Origin: an uncultured Peptoniphilus sp.
Lineage (GTDB): Bacteria > Bacillota > Clostridia > Tissierellales > Peptoniphilaceae
Assembly: GCF_946998875.1 (NCBI RefSeq)
Contig: NZ_CAMQAY010000001.1
Coordinates: 106,614 to 170,613 of the forward strand
DNA length: 64,000 bases
Reading direction: 5' to 3'
Below the pieces are notes generated by a model. The model was not told where the DNA came from, searched no databases, and saw only the letters and a program-made list of their open reading frames with translations. The position numbers and the translations under genes are program-made. Positions 11,796 to 20,855 of this stretch are shown here, piece by piece (position 1 is the stretch's first letter; each line of letters opens with the position of its first letter).

Positions 11796-13142
11796 TCAAC
11801 CGATACCGCCAAATTTTGCGCCTGCTATTAGGGCGATTATGGCAGCTGTTACATATACATATTTTGCAAGTGGATAATACCATCCGCCGATTTCTTTTCT
11901 ATGACCTTGACTAACTGCAGGGATTACATAATCTTTTCCTGCAACCCATAGGAACATTATGCCTGCAAGGGCTGCTCCAAGTGGGCAGATGTAAATGGAA
12001 ACTACATCCATCCAACCGCCTACTATAGCTTGAATAAATATAGCTACAATACAACCAATTACATGAATAGTTGTTGTTGCAATTGGTCTTGAAAAATTAA
12101 ATTGTTCTTGCAAATAGGCAACTGGTGCTTCGTAAAGATTTATTATTGAAGATACGCCTGCGAAGAGCACACAGATGTAGAAAATAATACCAATGACTCT
12201 TCCTACAGCCATGCCATTAAATACATTTACTAGGTAAATAAACATTAATCCAGGACCACCAGTATCAAGAGGTGCATTTGCTGTTGCCATGGCAGGGATA
12301 ATTACAAAGGCTGCAAGTAGAGCTGCAAGAGTATCAAAGACTGCAACATTTCTTGCAGAGGATGGAATGCTTTCGTTTTTAGGTAAATAGGAGCCGTAAA
12401 TTACTGTTCCATTTCCGGCAACTGATAGGGAGAAAAAGGCTTGTCCAAAGGCAAAAATCCAAACTTTTGGATCCTTTAATCCTTCTGGGTTTACTGTAAA
12501 GATGTATTTATATCCATTAGCTGCACCTGGAAGGGTGAAGATGTAAATTGCAAGTCCTACAAATAAAACAAAGAGGACAGGCATCATAATTTTGTTTGCC
12601 TTTTCAATTCCGCCAGATACGCCCATTACCATGATGACAAAGCTTGCAATAATTGCTACAATGACCCAAATATTTGCGCCAAAGGCAGAGGCTGTTTGTC
12701 CAAAAGTTCCGTCAATTACATCCATGTCTTGACCCATAGCATAAAGTCCGCCTGATAATGAAAGGAAAGTGTACTTAAAAATCCAAGCCATTACACAAGT
12801 GTAACCTATTGCTAGGGCAAGGGAGCCTACTACTGGTATAAGTCCAATTATTTCGCCAAGTTTTCTATTATTCCATCTTAATTCCGTGCATTTTCCAAAG
12901 GCGCCAACTGGACCAGCTTCAGCAGATCTTCCCAGTGCCATTTCAGAAATTACGCCAGTAGAACCTATAAGAGTTACAAATATTATATATGGAATTAAAA
13001 AAGTCATTCCACCATAGGTAGAAACCATTATAGGGAATCTCCAAATATTACCCATACCAACTGCAGAGCCTATACAAGCAAGTATAAAACCCCATTTACT
13101 TTTAAAACCATCACGAGCTTTTAAGTTATTATCCATAGTCAT
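11796..13142 (-). CDS. sodium-dependent transporter, NSS (SNF) family
   Basis: 448 aa, 11-12 TM. N-terminal GFILACIGSAVGMGNIWRFP is the NSS signature. Co-oriented directly downstream of the lyase. Confidence 0.85.
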   Translation of the reverse strand: MTMDNNLKARDGFKSKWGFILACIGSAVGMGNIWRFPIMVSTYGGMTFLIPYIIFVTLIGSTGVISEMALGRSAEAGPVGAFGKCTELRWNNRKLGEIIGLIPVVGSLALAIGYTCVMAWIFKYTFLSLSGGLYAMGQDMDVIDGTFGQTASAFGANIWVIVAIIASFVIMVMGVSGGIEKANKIMMPVLFVLFVGLAIYIFTLPGAANGYKYIFTVNPEGLKDPKVWIFAFGQAFFSLSVAGNGTVIYGSYLPKNESIPSSARNVAVFDTLAALLAAFVIIPAMATANAPLDTGGPGLMFIYLVNVFNGMAVGRVIGIIFYICVLFAGVSSIINLYEAPVAYLQEQFNFSRPIATTTIHVIGCIVAIFIQAIVGGWMDVVSIYICPLGAALAGIMFLWVAGKDYVIPAVSQGHRKEIGGWYYPLAKYVYVTAAIIALIAGAKFGGIG

Positions 13143-13207
13143 TCTCCTTAATAGGGTAGCCCCTCTTGCAAGGGGCTTTTCTTAATATTAAATTAAAAAA
13201 TTAAAAC

Positions 13208-14851
13208 TTATTTTTCATCTTCAGAAGGTTCATAAGTTTCAAGGAAAGCGTGGAAGTGACGCATTGGAAGGTTCTTGCCTTTTACTATTCTAATATTAGG
13301 AATAGTTGCACGATCTTCGTAAAGAGCCTTTACAGCTGCAATAACATAATCCATGTGTTCCTTTGAAAGTTGACTTCTGTTTACTGCGAAACGAACTACA
13401 TTGGCTACTTCAGCTTGTTGTTCTGGAGTCTTTAGGTCATATTCCATTGAATAGTTGCCTAGTTCTGCAGTTCTAATTCCATAGCGTCTAATTAATTCAA
13501 CAGAGAAACCTTGACCAGCAAAAGTTTCTGGTCCTCTCTTGTTGTCGAAAAATTCGTCCATGTTGATGTAAACACCGTGACCACCAGCAGGAAGTACAAC
13601 GCCCTTTACGCCAGCCTTGTAGAAGCCTTGTGCAAGGTATTCGCATTGTTTAACACGGGCATCAAGATAATCAAACTTTGCTGCTTCATAAAGGCCAGCA
13701 GCAAGTGCCATAATATCTCTACCACTCATTCCACCGTAGGAGTCGTTGCCGTAGGAAGAAATTTGTTTAACCTTTAAAAGAATTCCAACATCAGTTTTAA
13801 CTGATCCGTCTTCGTTAAAGTCAGAGAATTTCTTCCAGAATAAGCCCTTATCTCTAAAGGCAAGAACGCCACCCATGTTTGCGTGTCCGTCTTTTTTAAG
13901 AGATGCAGTAAAACCGTCGCAATAAGAGAACATTTCCTTAGCGATTTCTGGGATTGATTTGTCAGCATAGCCATCTTCATTAACTTTTATGAAGTAAGCA
14001 TTTTCTGCCCATCTTGCAGCATCAAACATGTAAGGAATTTCGTATTTGTGAGCAATTCTTGAACATTCTCTCATGTTAGCCATGGAAACTGGTTGACCAC
14101 AAACTGTGTTGTTAGTAATAGTTGTATAAATTAGAGGAACATTTTCTGGTCCTAATTTTTCAATTAATTCTTCCAACTTTTCTGTGTCCATGTTGCCCTT
14201 AAATGGATTCTTTTCATAGTGACCATTTTCAGGAACTTCCCACAAAAGTTCTTTATTGTATAAGTTTCTTGGGATAGAGCCCATTTGCTTGATGTTTCCT
14301 TCAGTTGTGTCAAAGTGTCCATTAGAAGGAATTGTATAAGTCTTTCCAGGTTCTCTTCCATTTAAAATATTTCTAACAAGTTCAAATAAAACAGATTCAG
14401 CTGCACGGCCTTGTTGGATGATAAAAGTATTAGGTCTTTCCATTTGAGCGGAGCCACCGTTAAATAGTCCACCTTCATATTCACAAAGGTAAACTTCATT
14501 CATCATTTTTTCAACATCAGTGCAGTCAGTTCTTACAAGGTCAATAATTCTCTTTTGATCGTCGCCTCTTTCGAAGACATCTCTAAAGGTATCTAGTAGG
14601 ACATAGTAGCCCTTGTTTCTACCATAGGATTCATCACCCAAAAACATTGCAGACCATTGAACATCTGTCATGGCAGTAGTTCCTGAGTCAGATAACATAT
14701 CGATAGTTAACATTCCTGCAGGGAAAGCAAATTCATTGTAGTGAGTAGCCTTAAGAGCTCTTTCTCTTTGTTCCACAGTTACATTTGGAATATTCTTTGT
14801 AACATAAGTGTAGGAATGTGGTGTAGGTACATCTAATTGATACTTTTTCAT
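13208..14851 (-). CDS. beta-eliminating lyase, tryptophanase/tyrosine phenol-lyase family (long form, 547 aa)
   Basis: Strong match to TnaA/TPL blocks GPENVPLIYTTITNNTVCGQPVSMANMR...FDAARWAENAYFIKV...SLKKDGHANMGGVLAFRD (PLP-Lys region). About 45-aa insertion ERGDDQKRIIDLVRTDCTDVEKMMNEVYLCEYEGGLFNGG relative to E. coli TnaA. Confidence 0.8.
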   Translation of the reverse strand: MKKYQLDVPTPHSYTYVTKNIPNVTVEQRERALKATHYNEFAFPAGMLTIDMLSDSGTTAMTDVQWSAMFLGDESYGRNKGYYVLLDTFRDVFERGDDQKRIIDLVRTDCTDVEKMMNEVYLCEYEGGLFNGGSAQMERPNTFIIQQGRAAESVLFELVRNILNGREPGKTYTIPSNGHFDTTEGNIKQMGSIPRNLYNKELLWEVPENGHYEKNPFKGNMDTEKLEELIEKLGPENVPLIYTTITNNTVCGQPVSMANMRECSRIAHKYEIPYMFDAARWAENAYFIKVNEDGYADKSIPEIAKEMFSYCDGFTASLKKDGHANMGGVLAFRDKGLFWKKFSDFNEDGSVKTDVGILLKVKQISSYGNDSYGGMSGRDIMALAAGLYEAAKFDYLDARVKQCEYLAQGFYKAGVKGVVLPAGGHGVYINMDEFFDNKRGPETFAGQGFSVELIRRYGIRTAELGNYSMEYDLKTPEQQAEVANVVRFAVNRSQLSKEHMDYVIAAVKALYEDRATIPNIRIVKGKNLPMRHFHAFLETYEPSEDEK

Positions 14852-14992
14852 AAAAAACCTCCATATAAAAATAAAAAAGTTATAGAGGAACCCCGGTCAT
14901 CGACAAAAGTCGACTAGCGGACAGTATCCTATAGAGAACCCCGGTTATCAAAATTTTAAAAATTTCTTTCTTGATGAGCGGTCAGAACTCCA

Positions 14993-15010
14993 AGATAATA
15001 TGTATTATCT
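14993..15010. promoter_or_regulatory. 18-bp perfect palindrome AGATAATA-NN-TATTATCT at the predicted transcription start of the lyase operon
   Basis: Seen in sequence, immediately downstream of the -10 hexamer. Candidate operator. Confidence 0.45.
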
Positions 15011-15017
15011 AAGAAAT

Positions 15018-15046
15018 AGTTTACATTACCGATTTATCAAAGTCAA
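15018..15046 (-). promoter_or_regulatory. promoter of the lyase-transporter operon (TTGACT-17-TAAACT on minus strand)
   Basis: Read on the minus strand: TTGACTttgataaatcggtaatgTAAACT. About 170-nt leader follows. Confidence 0.55.
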
Positions 15047-15114
15047 TAATAGAAGTTTCCCAATAAATAAATTTTTAAGGGAAAAAATCTTTGGTTTTTT
15101 TTAATTTTCCAATA

Positions 15115-15150
15115 AAAAAATCTCCAATAAAGGAGATCTTTTCGTCTTTA
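15115..15150 (-). terminator. terminator of fda (minus strand)
   Basis: GATCTCC-tttatt-GGAGATC stem followed by U-run on the minus strand directly after the fda stop. Confidence 0.75.
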
Positions 15151-15151
15151 T

Positions 15152-16042
15152 TTATTTTTCAACTGAAGCTGAATAATTTTTTTCTATAGAGTCGTCAAGC
15201 ATCTTTGTAAATTCTTCGTCACTTTGATTTACATTAAGTCCTTCAGTTAAGGCTCTTGAATAAGATGCAATTACGCCCCTATTTTTTCTAAGTTTTTCGT
15301 TAGCTTCTTCTCTTGAGTAGCCGCCAGATAGGGCAACAACCCTAACAGTTTGGTCAAAGTCATATAAATCTTCGTAAAGATTTTCTTTTTCTGGAAGAGT
15401 CAACTTAAACATTACATAATTTTCCTTGCCAAGTTTTTTTAGTCCTTCAATTAAATATTTTTTAAGGACTTCTTCGATAGCAGCCTTATCCTTAGCGTGG
15501 ATGTCAACTTCTGGTTCAATAATAGGAACAAATCCTGCTGCAGAAATTTTCTTTGCGTAGTCAAATTGTTGTTCAACAACTTTTTTAATTGACTCTTCAT
15601 TAAGTTCCTTTACAACAGAACGCATCTTAGTTCCAAAAATATTTCTTTCTTTGGCATTTGCAAGAAGTTCGTCAAGGTGCTTGAAAGGCTTCATAAGTTG
15701 AGCGCCGTCTTTTTCGGCGTCAAGACCTTCGTCAATTTTTAGGATTGGAACTATGCCCTTTTCTTCCCAAAGGTAGTCACCAGTGTACTTGTCGCCTACT
15801 TTTGAATTCATTGTAACCTTAAATAAAATTGCAGCCAAAATTCTATCAGATATGAAAGCTTCGTTTGTTATAATTCTCTTTCTCATTTCGTGAACGAGCT
15901 TAAACATTTCTTCATCGTTGGAATACTTGTCTTCTGTAACCCCATAATTTAAAAGTGCCTTAGGTGTTGAGCCACCTGATTGGTCAAGAGCAGCTATAAA
16001 GCCTTTGCCATTTTTCATTCTATCAAATTGTTCTCTATTCAT
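15152..16042 (-). CDS. fda: fructose-bisphosphate aldolase, class I
   Basis: [17 protein letters not shown], the class I FBA signature as in staphylococcal Fda. ATG at 16042 after GGAGG. Track ORF extends 4 codons to a TTG. Confidence 0.88.
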   Translation of the reverse strand: MNREQFDRMKNGKGFIAALDQSGGSTPKALLNYGVTEDKYSNDEEMFKLVHEMRKRIITNEAFISDRILAAILFKVTMNSKVGDKYTGDYLWEEKGIVPILKIDEGLDAEKDGAQLMKPFKHLDELLANAKERNIFGTKMRSVVKELNEESIKKVVEQQFDYAKKISAAGFVPIIEPEVDIHAKDKAAIEEVLKKYLIEGLKKLGKENYVMFKLTLPEKENLYEDLYDFDQTVRVVALSGGYSREEANEKLRKNRGVIASYSRALTEGLNVNQSDEEFTKMLDDSIEKNYSASVEK

Positions 16043-16129
16043 TTTTACCTCCAAAGTCTAGACTTCTAATTACTTCTAATTATATAATAAGTAGACAAAG
16101 TTGACAAATGACAAAATTTTGAGGTGAAT

Positions 16130-16708
16130 ATGAATTATTACGCAGTTAGAGTTGGGAGAAATCCTGGCATATATAAAACTTGGGACGAATGCAAAAAAGA
16201 GACCATGGGCTTTAAGGGAGCAAGCTTTAAAAAATTCTCTAGCTTAAAAGATGCAGAGGCCTTTATAAAGGAAGTTGAAGAAGAAAAAAAAGACCAGGCA
16301 GAAAAAGATGAACTCATAGTTTATGTTGACGGTTCTTATAGAAATTCTGATAAGAGTCATTCATATGGGGTATATATGTATAATAATGAGGAGGAATATT
16401 CCTTTTCCAAGAGATTTTTTAAGGATTCAGACATGAGAAATGTTTCTGGAGAAATAAAGGGCGCCATGTGTGCCATGGAATACGCAGAGTCTATTGGTAA
16501 GAGAAAAATTTATCTTCATTACGATTACGAAGGCATAAGGTCATGGGCTCTTGGCTTTTGGAAGACAAATAAAGAGGGAACCATAGCCTATAAAAAATTT
16601 TACGACGACATTAAGGATAGGCTTCAAGTGCAGTTTATAAAAGTTGAGGCACATACTGGCGTCAAGTACAACGAACTTGTAGACAAGCTTGCAAAGGAGG
16701 CAAAATGA
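16130..16708 (+). CDS. ribonuclease HI with N-terminal RNase H1/viroplasmin-type hybrid-binding domain
   Basis: N-terminal YYAVRVGRNPGIYKTWDEC...FKKFSSLKDAEAF (caulimovirus-VI/HBD fold). RNase H core DGSYR...E...D...HTG...N..VD.LA follows. Confidence 0.75.
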   Translation: MNYYAVRVGRNPGIYKTWDECKKETMGFKGASFKKFSSLKDAEAFIKEVEEEKKDQAEKDELIVYVDGSYRNSDKSHSYGVYMYNNEEEYSFSKRFFKDSDMRNVSGEIKGAMCAMEYAESIGKRKIYLHYDYEGIRSWALGFWKTNKEGTIAYKKFYDDIKDRLQVQFIKVEAHTGVKYNELVDKLAKEAK

Positions 16709-17124
16709 GAAAATCTTGGGACGAATATTTTATGGAAATAACTGAAATGGTAGCAACGAGATCTACTTGCGATAGGGCCTTTGTGGGCTGCGTTTTAGTA
16801 AATTCTGACAACAGAATAATTTCAACAGGCTATAACGGATCAGTAACGGGAAACCCTCACTGCGACGAAGTAGGGCATACAATGCGCGATGGACACTGCA
16901 TAGCAACTATCCACGCAGAAATGAATGCCCTCTTATACTGTGCAAAGGAAGGAATTTCTGTCAAGGGCGCCAAGGCTTATGTGACACATTTTCCATGTCT
17001 TAACTGCACAAAGGCACTTATACAAGCAGGAATCTGTGCCATTTATTATCACGAAGCCTATAGAGTTGACGATTATGCAATGGAGTTAATTGATAAGAAT
17101 AAGATAATATTGAAACAAATTTAA
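16705..17124 (+). CDS. dCMP deaminase (ComEB-like)
   Basis: Zinc motifs HAEMNAL and PCLNC. 139 aa. Start overlaps the RNase H stop (ATGA). Confidence 0.85.
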   Translation: MRKSWDEYFMEITEMVATRSTCDRAFVGCVLVNSDNRIISTGYNGSVTGNPHCDEVGHTMRDGHCIATIHAEMNALLYCAKEGISVKGAKAYVTHFPCLNCTKALIQAGICAIYYHEAYRVDDYAMELIDKNKIILKQI

Positions 17125-17136
17125 AAGCGAATTTAT

Positions 17137-17168
17137 ACCTATTAAGTTACATTAATAGGTTTTTTTAT
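17137..17168 (+). terminator. rho-independent terminator
   Basis: ACCTATTAA-gttacat-TTAATAGGT followed by T7. Confidence 0.75.
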
Positions 17169-17221
17169 TTAAAGGCTGGGTATCTAATATTTGTAATAAA
17201 TTAATAATTAGGAGGTTAGAG

Positions 17222-17641
17222 ATGAAGGGATTTATGGAAGAGTTTAAGGAATTTATTGCCAAGGGCAATGTCATGGACATGGCTGTTGGTGTCATCATAG
17301 GGGGAGCTTTTGGTAAAATCGTTTCAAGCCTTGTAGAAAATATTTTGATGCCACTTATTGGTATAATTCTTGGCGGAGTAAACTTCTCAGATTTAAGTGT
17401 AACTGTTGGCACAGCTGAAGTTAAATACGGTATATTTTTGCAATCTGTTTTTGACTTTTTGATAATAGCCTTTGTAATTTTTGTTATGATAAAACAAATT
17501 TCAAAGGTTACTGACAAATTCAAAAAGGAAGAAAAAGAAGTGGAGCCTACAGAAAAGGTATGTCCTTTCTGCAAGTCAACTATTGCCATTGATGCTACTA
17601 GATGTCCACACTGCACATCTGAACTTGGAAGTGTAAAATGA
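17222..17641 (+). CDS. mscL: large-conductance mechanosensitive channel MscL with C-terminal CPFC/CPHC zinc ribbon
   Basis: [32 protein letters not shown]...VFDFLIIAF, the MscL core. Tail [19 protein letters not shown] replaces the usual helical bundle. Confidence 0.8.
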   Translation: MKGFMEEFKEFIAKGNVMDMAVGVIIGGAFGKIVSSLVENILMPLIGIILGGVNFSDLSVTVGTAEVKYGIFLQSVFDFLIIAFVIFVMIKQISKVTDKFKKEEKEVEPTEKVCPFCKSTIAIDATRCPHCTSELGSVK

Positions 17642-18669
17642 AAGAGTGGGCTTTAGTTCTTGAAGGTGGTGGAGCAAAGGGCGCTTACCAAGTTGGAGCC
17701 TACTTTGCCCTAATGGAAATGGGATTTAATTTTTCAAAAATTGTTGGTACAAGCATTGGCGCTTTTAACGGTGCCATGTTCTCTCAAGGTGACGCCTATG
17801 AGTGTTTTAAAGCTTGGAAAAGTTTAGATTTCTCTTCCTTTGACAATGAACTTAAAAATGCAGAAGAAGACGAGGACCTTTTGACGAAAATCGTCGATAA
17901 ACTTAGAAGTCACGACATAAAAATTCCTGAACTTACAAGGTCTCCCTATCCACTTTTTAGACTTGTGGACCAATTTATTGACGAGGATAAGCTTAGAAAT
18001 TCAGACATTGATTTTGGAATTTGCACAGTAAATGTGTCAGACTTAAAAGTTGAAAAACTTTTTAAAAAAGATATAGAGAAGGGACTTTTAAAGGATTATA
18101 TCATTGCCTCATGCTATCTTCCCTTCTTTAAGTTAAAGCCACTTCACGGCAAATATTTTATAGACGGAGGCTTTGCATCACCAGCTCCCATGGAAATGAT
18201 TGATGACGACATGGACATTGTCCTTGTGAGGCTTTCTGAGCTTCCTCTAAAAAATATTGAGCGTGCAAAATATGTTATTAAGCCCAATAAAAGACTGGGC
18301 TCATCTCTTGGCTTTGATACAGAAAAAGCTGATGAGCTAATAAAAAATGGATACTTTGACGCCTTTAGGGCAGTCAAGGGCTTAGTTGGCGATGACTATT
18401 ATATTATGCCCATTGAGGAAGAGGAGAGTTTAAAGTACATTTATAAGATTTTAAAGGATAAAGTTGATGAAAGTGACAATAAGATTCTTAGAAATATATT
18501 TGAAGAGTATGCTCCAAAGATTGCAGGGGAATTAGAATTGCCAGAAACTTTTGGATACGACGAACTTCTCTACAAGCTTCTGGAAAATGAGGCAGAGAAA
18601 AAGAAAGTGGACAGATTTAAAATTTATACAGTAGATGAACTAATGAGGGAATTGGAAAATGGATTTTAA
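17638..18669 (+). CDS. patatin-like phospholipase
   Basis: GGGAKG oxyanion loop, GTSIG nucleophile elbow and DGG catalytic Asp. Start overlaps the mscL stop (ATGA). Confidence 0.85.
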   Translation: MKEWALVLEGGGAKGAYQVGAYFALMEMGFNFSKIVGTSIGAFNGAMFSQGDAYECFKAWKSLDFSSFDNELKNAEEDEDLLTKIVDKLRSHDIKIPELTRSPYPLFRLVDQFIDEDKLRNSDIDFGICTVNVSDLKVEKLFKKDIEKGLLKDYIIASCYLPFFKLKPLHGKYFIDGGFASPAPMEMIDDDMDIVLVRLSELPLKNIERAKYVIKPNKRLGSSLGFDTEKADELIKNGYFDAFRAVKGLVGDDYYIMPIEEEESLKYIYKILKDKVDESDNKILRNIFEEYAPKIAGELELPETFGYDELLYKLLENEAEKKKVDRFKIYTVDELMRELENGF

Positions 18670-19288
18670 TGCTGATTTTGACTTAATGAAAATTAAAGCT
18701 AAACTTCAGAAGAAAAGTCCCATGCCTGTAGATGTGAAAAATAGATTTGCTGTTATGATTCCTCTAATAAAGAGAAAGGGAGAAATTCACCTTTTGTTTG
18801 AGAAGAGAGCCTTAACTCTTAGAAATCAACCTGGAGAAATTTCCTTTCCAGGAGGTCGTATAGAAAAAAATGAGACTCCCTGGGATGCTGCTCTTAGAGA
18901 AACTTGCGAAGAACTTTTAATAGAAGAAAATGACCTAGAAATCTATTCAGAGGGCGATTTTTTGGTTAATCCCTATGCTGCAATTATCTACACCTTCATT
19001 GGAGAAATTAAAAAAGATTTTTTCGAAATCAGTCCATCAAAGGCAGAAGTGGAAAGTATTTTTACAGTTCCACTAAGGTTTTTTATGGAAACTGAGCCAA
19101 AGTCCTACACCATAAATTTAAAGGTCAATAGAAGCGAGGACTTCCCCTACCACTTGATCCCAAATGGTGAGAATTATAAGTTCAAAAGGGGAAAGGAAGA
19201 AGTTTTATTTTACGATTACAAGGGACAAATCATTTGGGGTTTTACTGCAAAAATGGCGAGAAGGTTTGTGGAAAGAATAAGCCTATAG
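18659..19288 (+). CDS. NUDIX hydrolase, CoA pyrophosphatase (NudL)-like
   Basis: LLFEKRALTLRNQPGEISFPGG plus Nudix box GRIEKNETPWDAALRETCEEL. Overlaps the patatin 3' end by 11 nt. Confidence 0.8.
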   Translation: MDFNADFDLMKIKAKLQKKSPMPVDVKNRFAVMIPLIKRKGEIHLLFEKRALTLRNQPGEISFPGGRIEKNETPWDAALRETCEELLIEENDLEIYSEGDFLVNPYAAIIYTFIGEIKKDFFEISPSKAEVESIFTVPLRFFMETEPKSYTINLKVNRSEDFPYHLIPNGENYKFKRGKEEVLFYDYKGQIIWGFTAKMARRFVERISL

Positions 19289-19571
19289 ACTCAATGAAAT
19301 TTTGTACAAATAATGTTCAAGAGTTTTATAAAGCATAACAAAAGGAAAAAATTTTCTCATAAAAAAGGGAAAATTTAAGGATTTTTTATAAAAAAAGGAT
19401 AAAAAAGTAAATTTCATTTGTAACACAAATGTAATATTTCTTTTTCAAGCTCTAAATTTCAAGCTTTAGCGCTTTTTTTATTTTTGTAAGAAAATATATA
19501 CAAATAATATAAATTTACAAATGGCTAAATATTAGGAATCAGAACAAGAATTACAAATTAGTTACAAAAAA

Positions 19572-19600
19572 TTGACAAATCAAGTTTTTTCTATTATACT
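19572..19600 (+). promoter_or_regulatory. promoter TTGACA-17-TATACT for the G5/3D gene
   Basis: Consensus-like hexamers with 17-nt spacer. Confidence 0.55.
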
Positions 19601-19668
19601 TTTATGAGGTTAGAAGAAGTTACAAAATTGTAACAAAATTTACAACTTTGTAACGCAATATGGAGGTA

Positions 19669-20661
19669 ATGTATTTGAATAGAAAAAACATTTTTAAAAA
19701 TGCGAAATTTATTTTAATCGTCCTAGTTTTTGTGTCTGTACTTACAATGGGTTTTAGCACAGCTCTAGGAAATGATGTTGAATTAAATATTAATGGAAAG
19801 ACAAAGACAGTTTTTACATATGAAAAGACTGTAGGCGACTTCTTGAAAAAAGAAGGCATCGTACTTAAAAATAAGGACCTTGTAAGTCCAAGTATTGATA
19901 AAGAAATTGAAAAGGATATGAAGATTACTATATCTTCTCCAAAGTCTTATCACATCAAGGATGGCAACAAGACTCTTATAGCTGAAGCAAGTGGCTACAC
20001 AGTAGCTGATGTACTTGACAACTTAAATATCAAGTTAAACAAACTTGATAGAGTTTCTCTTCCTCTTGATGAAATTGCAAAAGAAGGAATGGAAGTTAAA
20101 ATTGATAGAGTTGTTGTAGAAAATCTTGATAACAAAATTGAAATTCCCTTTGAAACAGAAAGTCGCGAAAATAATGACATGTTTGAAGGAGAAAAAAAGG
20201 TAATTACTAAGGGCGAAGTAGGACAAAAGACTGAAAGCCTAAAGAACACTTATGTAAATGGAGTTCTTGAAACAACTGAAGTTTTAAAAAGTGAAATCAC
20301 AAAGGATCCAGTTAAAGAAGTAGTAGAAGTAGGAACTAAAAAAGGTACACAAGCTCCTAATGGGAAAAATGCAAAGAGAGTAATAGTAATGCAAGCTACT
20401 GCTTATGACCCAACAGCTGGTTCAAAAACTGCCATGGGAACTCGTGCAAGAGTTGGCGCAGTTGCAGTTGACCCTAGAGTAATTCCTCTTGGCTCAAAAC
20501 TTTATATCGAATCAATGGACGGTTTCGCAAGTTATGGATATGCAACAGCAGAAGATACTGGCGGAGCAATTAAGGGCAACAGAATTGATTTATTTTACAA
20601 TTCAAACGCTGAGGCTAATAGGTTTGGCAGAAGAAATGTAAAAGTATATGTACTTGACTAA
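19669..20661 (+). CDS. cell-wall protein with DUF348 repeats, G5 domain and C-terminal 3D domain (YabE/RpfB-like)
   Basis: N-terminal TM/signal anchor. Repeated VxVxxxGK...TVGDFL modules. C-terminal MQATAYDPTAGSKTAMGTRARVGAVAVDPRVIPLGSKLYIE (3D/MltA-like). Confidence 0.75.
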   Translation: MYLNRKNIFKNAKFILIVLVFVSVLTMGFSTALGNDVELNINGKTKTVFTYEKTVGDFLKKEGIVLKNKDLVSPSIDKEIEKDMKITISSPKSYHIKDGNKTLIAEASGYTVADVLDNLNIKLNKLDRVSLPLDEIAKEGMEVKIDRVVVENLDNKIEIPFETESRENNDMFEGEKKVITKGEVGQKTESLKNTYVNGVLETTEVLKSEITKDPVKEVVEVGTKKGTQAPNGKNAKRVIVMQATAYDPTAGSKTAMGTRARVGAVAVDPRVIPLGSKLYIESMDGFASYGYATAEDTGGAIKGNRIDLFYNSNAEANRFGRRNVKVYVLD

Positions 20662-20664
20662 TTA

Positions 20665-20691
20665 AGGTCCTGGCAACAGGACTTTTTTTAT
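20665..20691 (+). terminator. rho-independent terminator
   Basis: AGGTCCTG-gcaac-AGGACT followed by T7. Confidence 0.8.
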
Positions 20692-20855
20692 TGCAAAAAT
20701 TTTTATTTTTTTAAAAATTTGTTGGAGTTTTATAAAAAATTTGACAAAATTTTCAGCTAAATTAAAAATCTAAGAAATTATAAAATTAAAAAAAATAAAG
20801 CTGGACCATTTAAAAGAACTTTTATTTACTTTATAATATATATGAGGATGATTTT

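Noticed and set aside
17152-17616. 154-aa minus-strand ORF overlapping mscL
   Set aside because: Fully antisense to a well-supported MscL CDS. No RBS.
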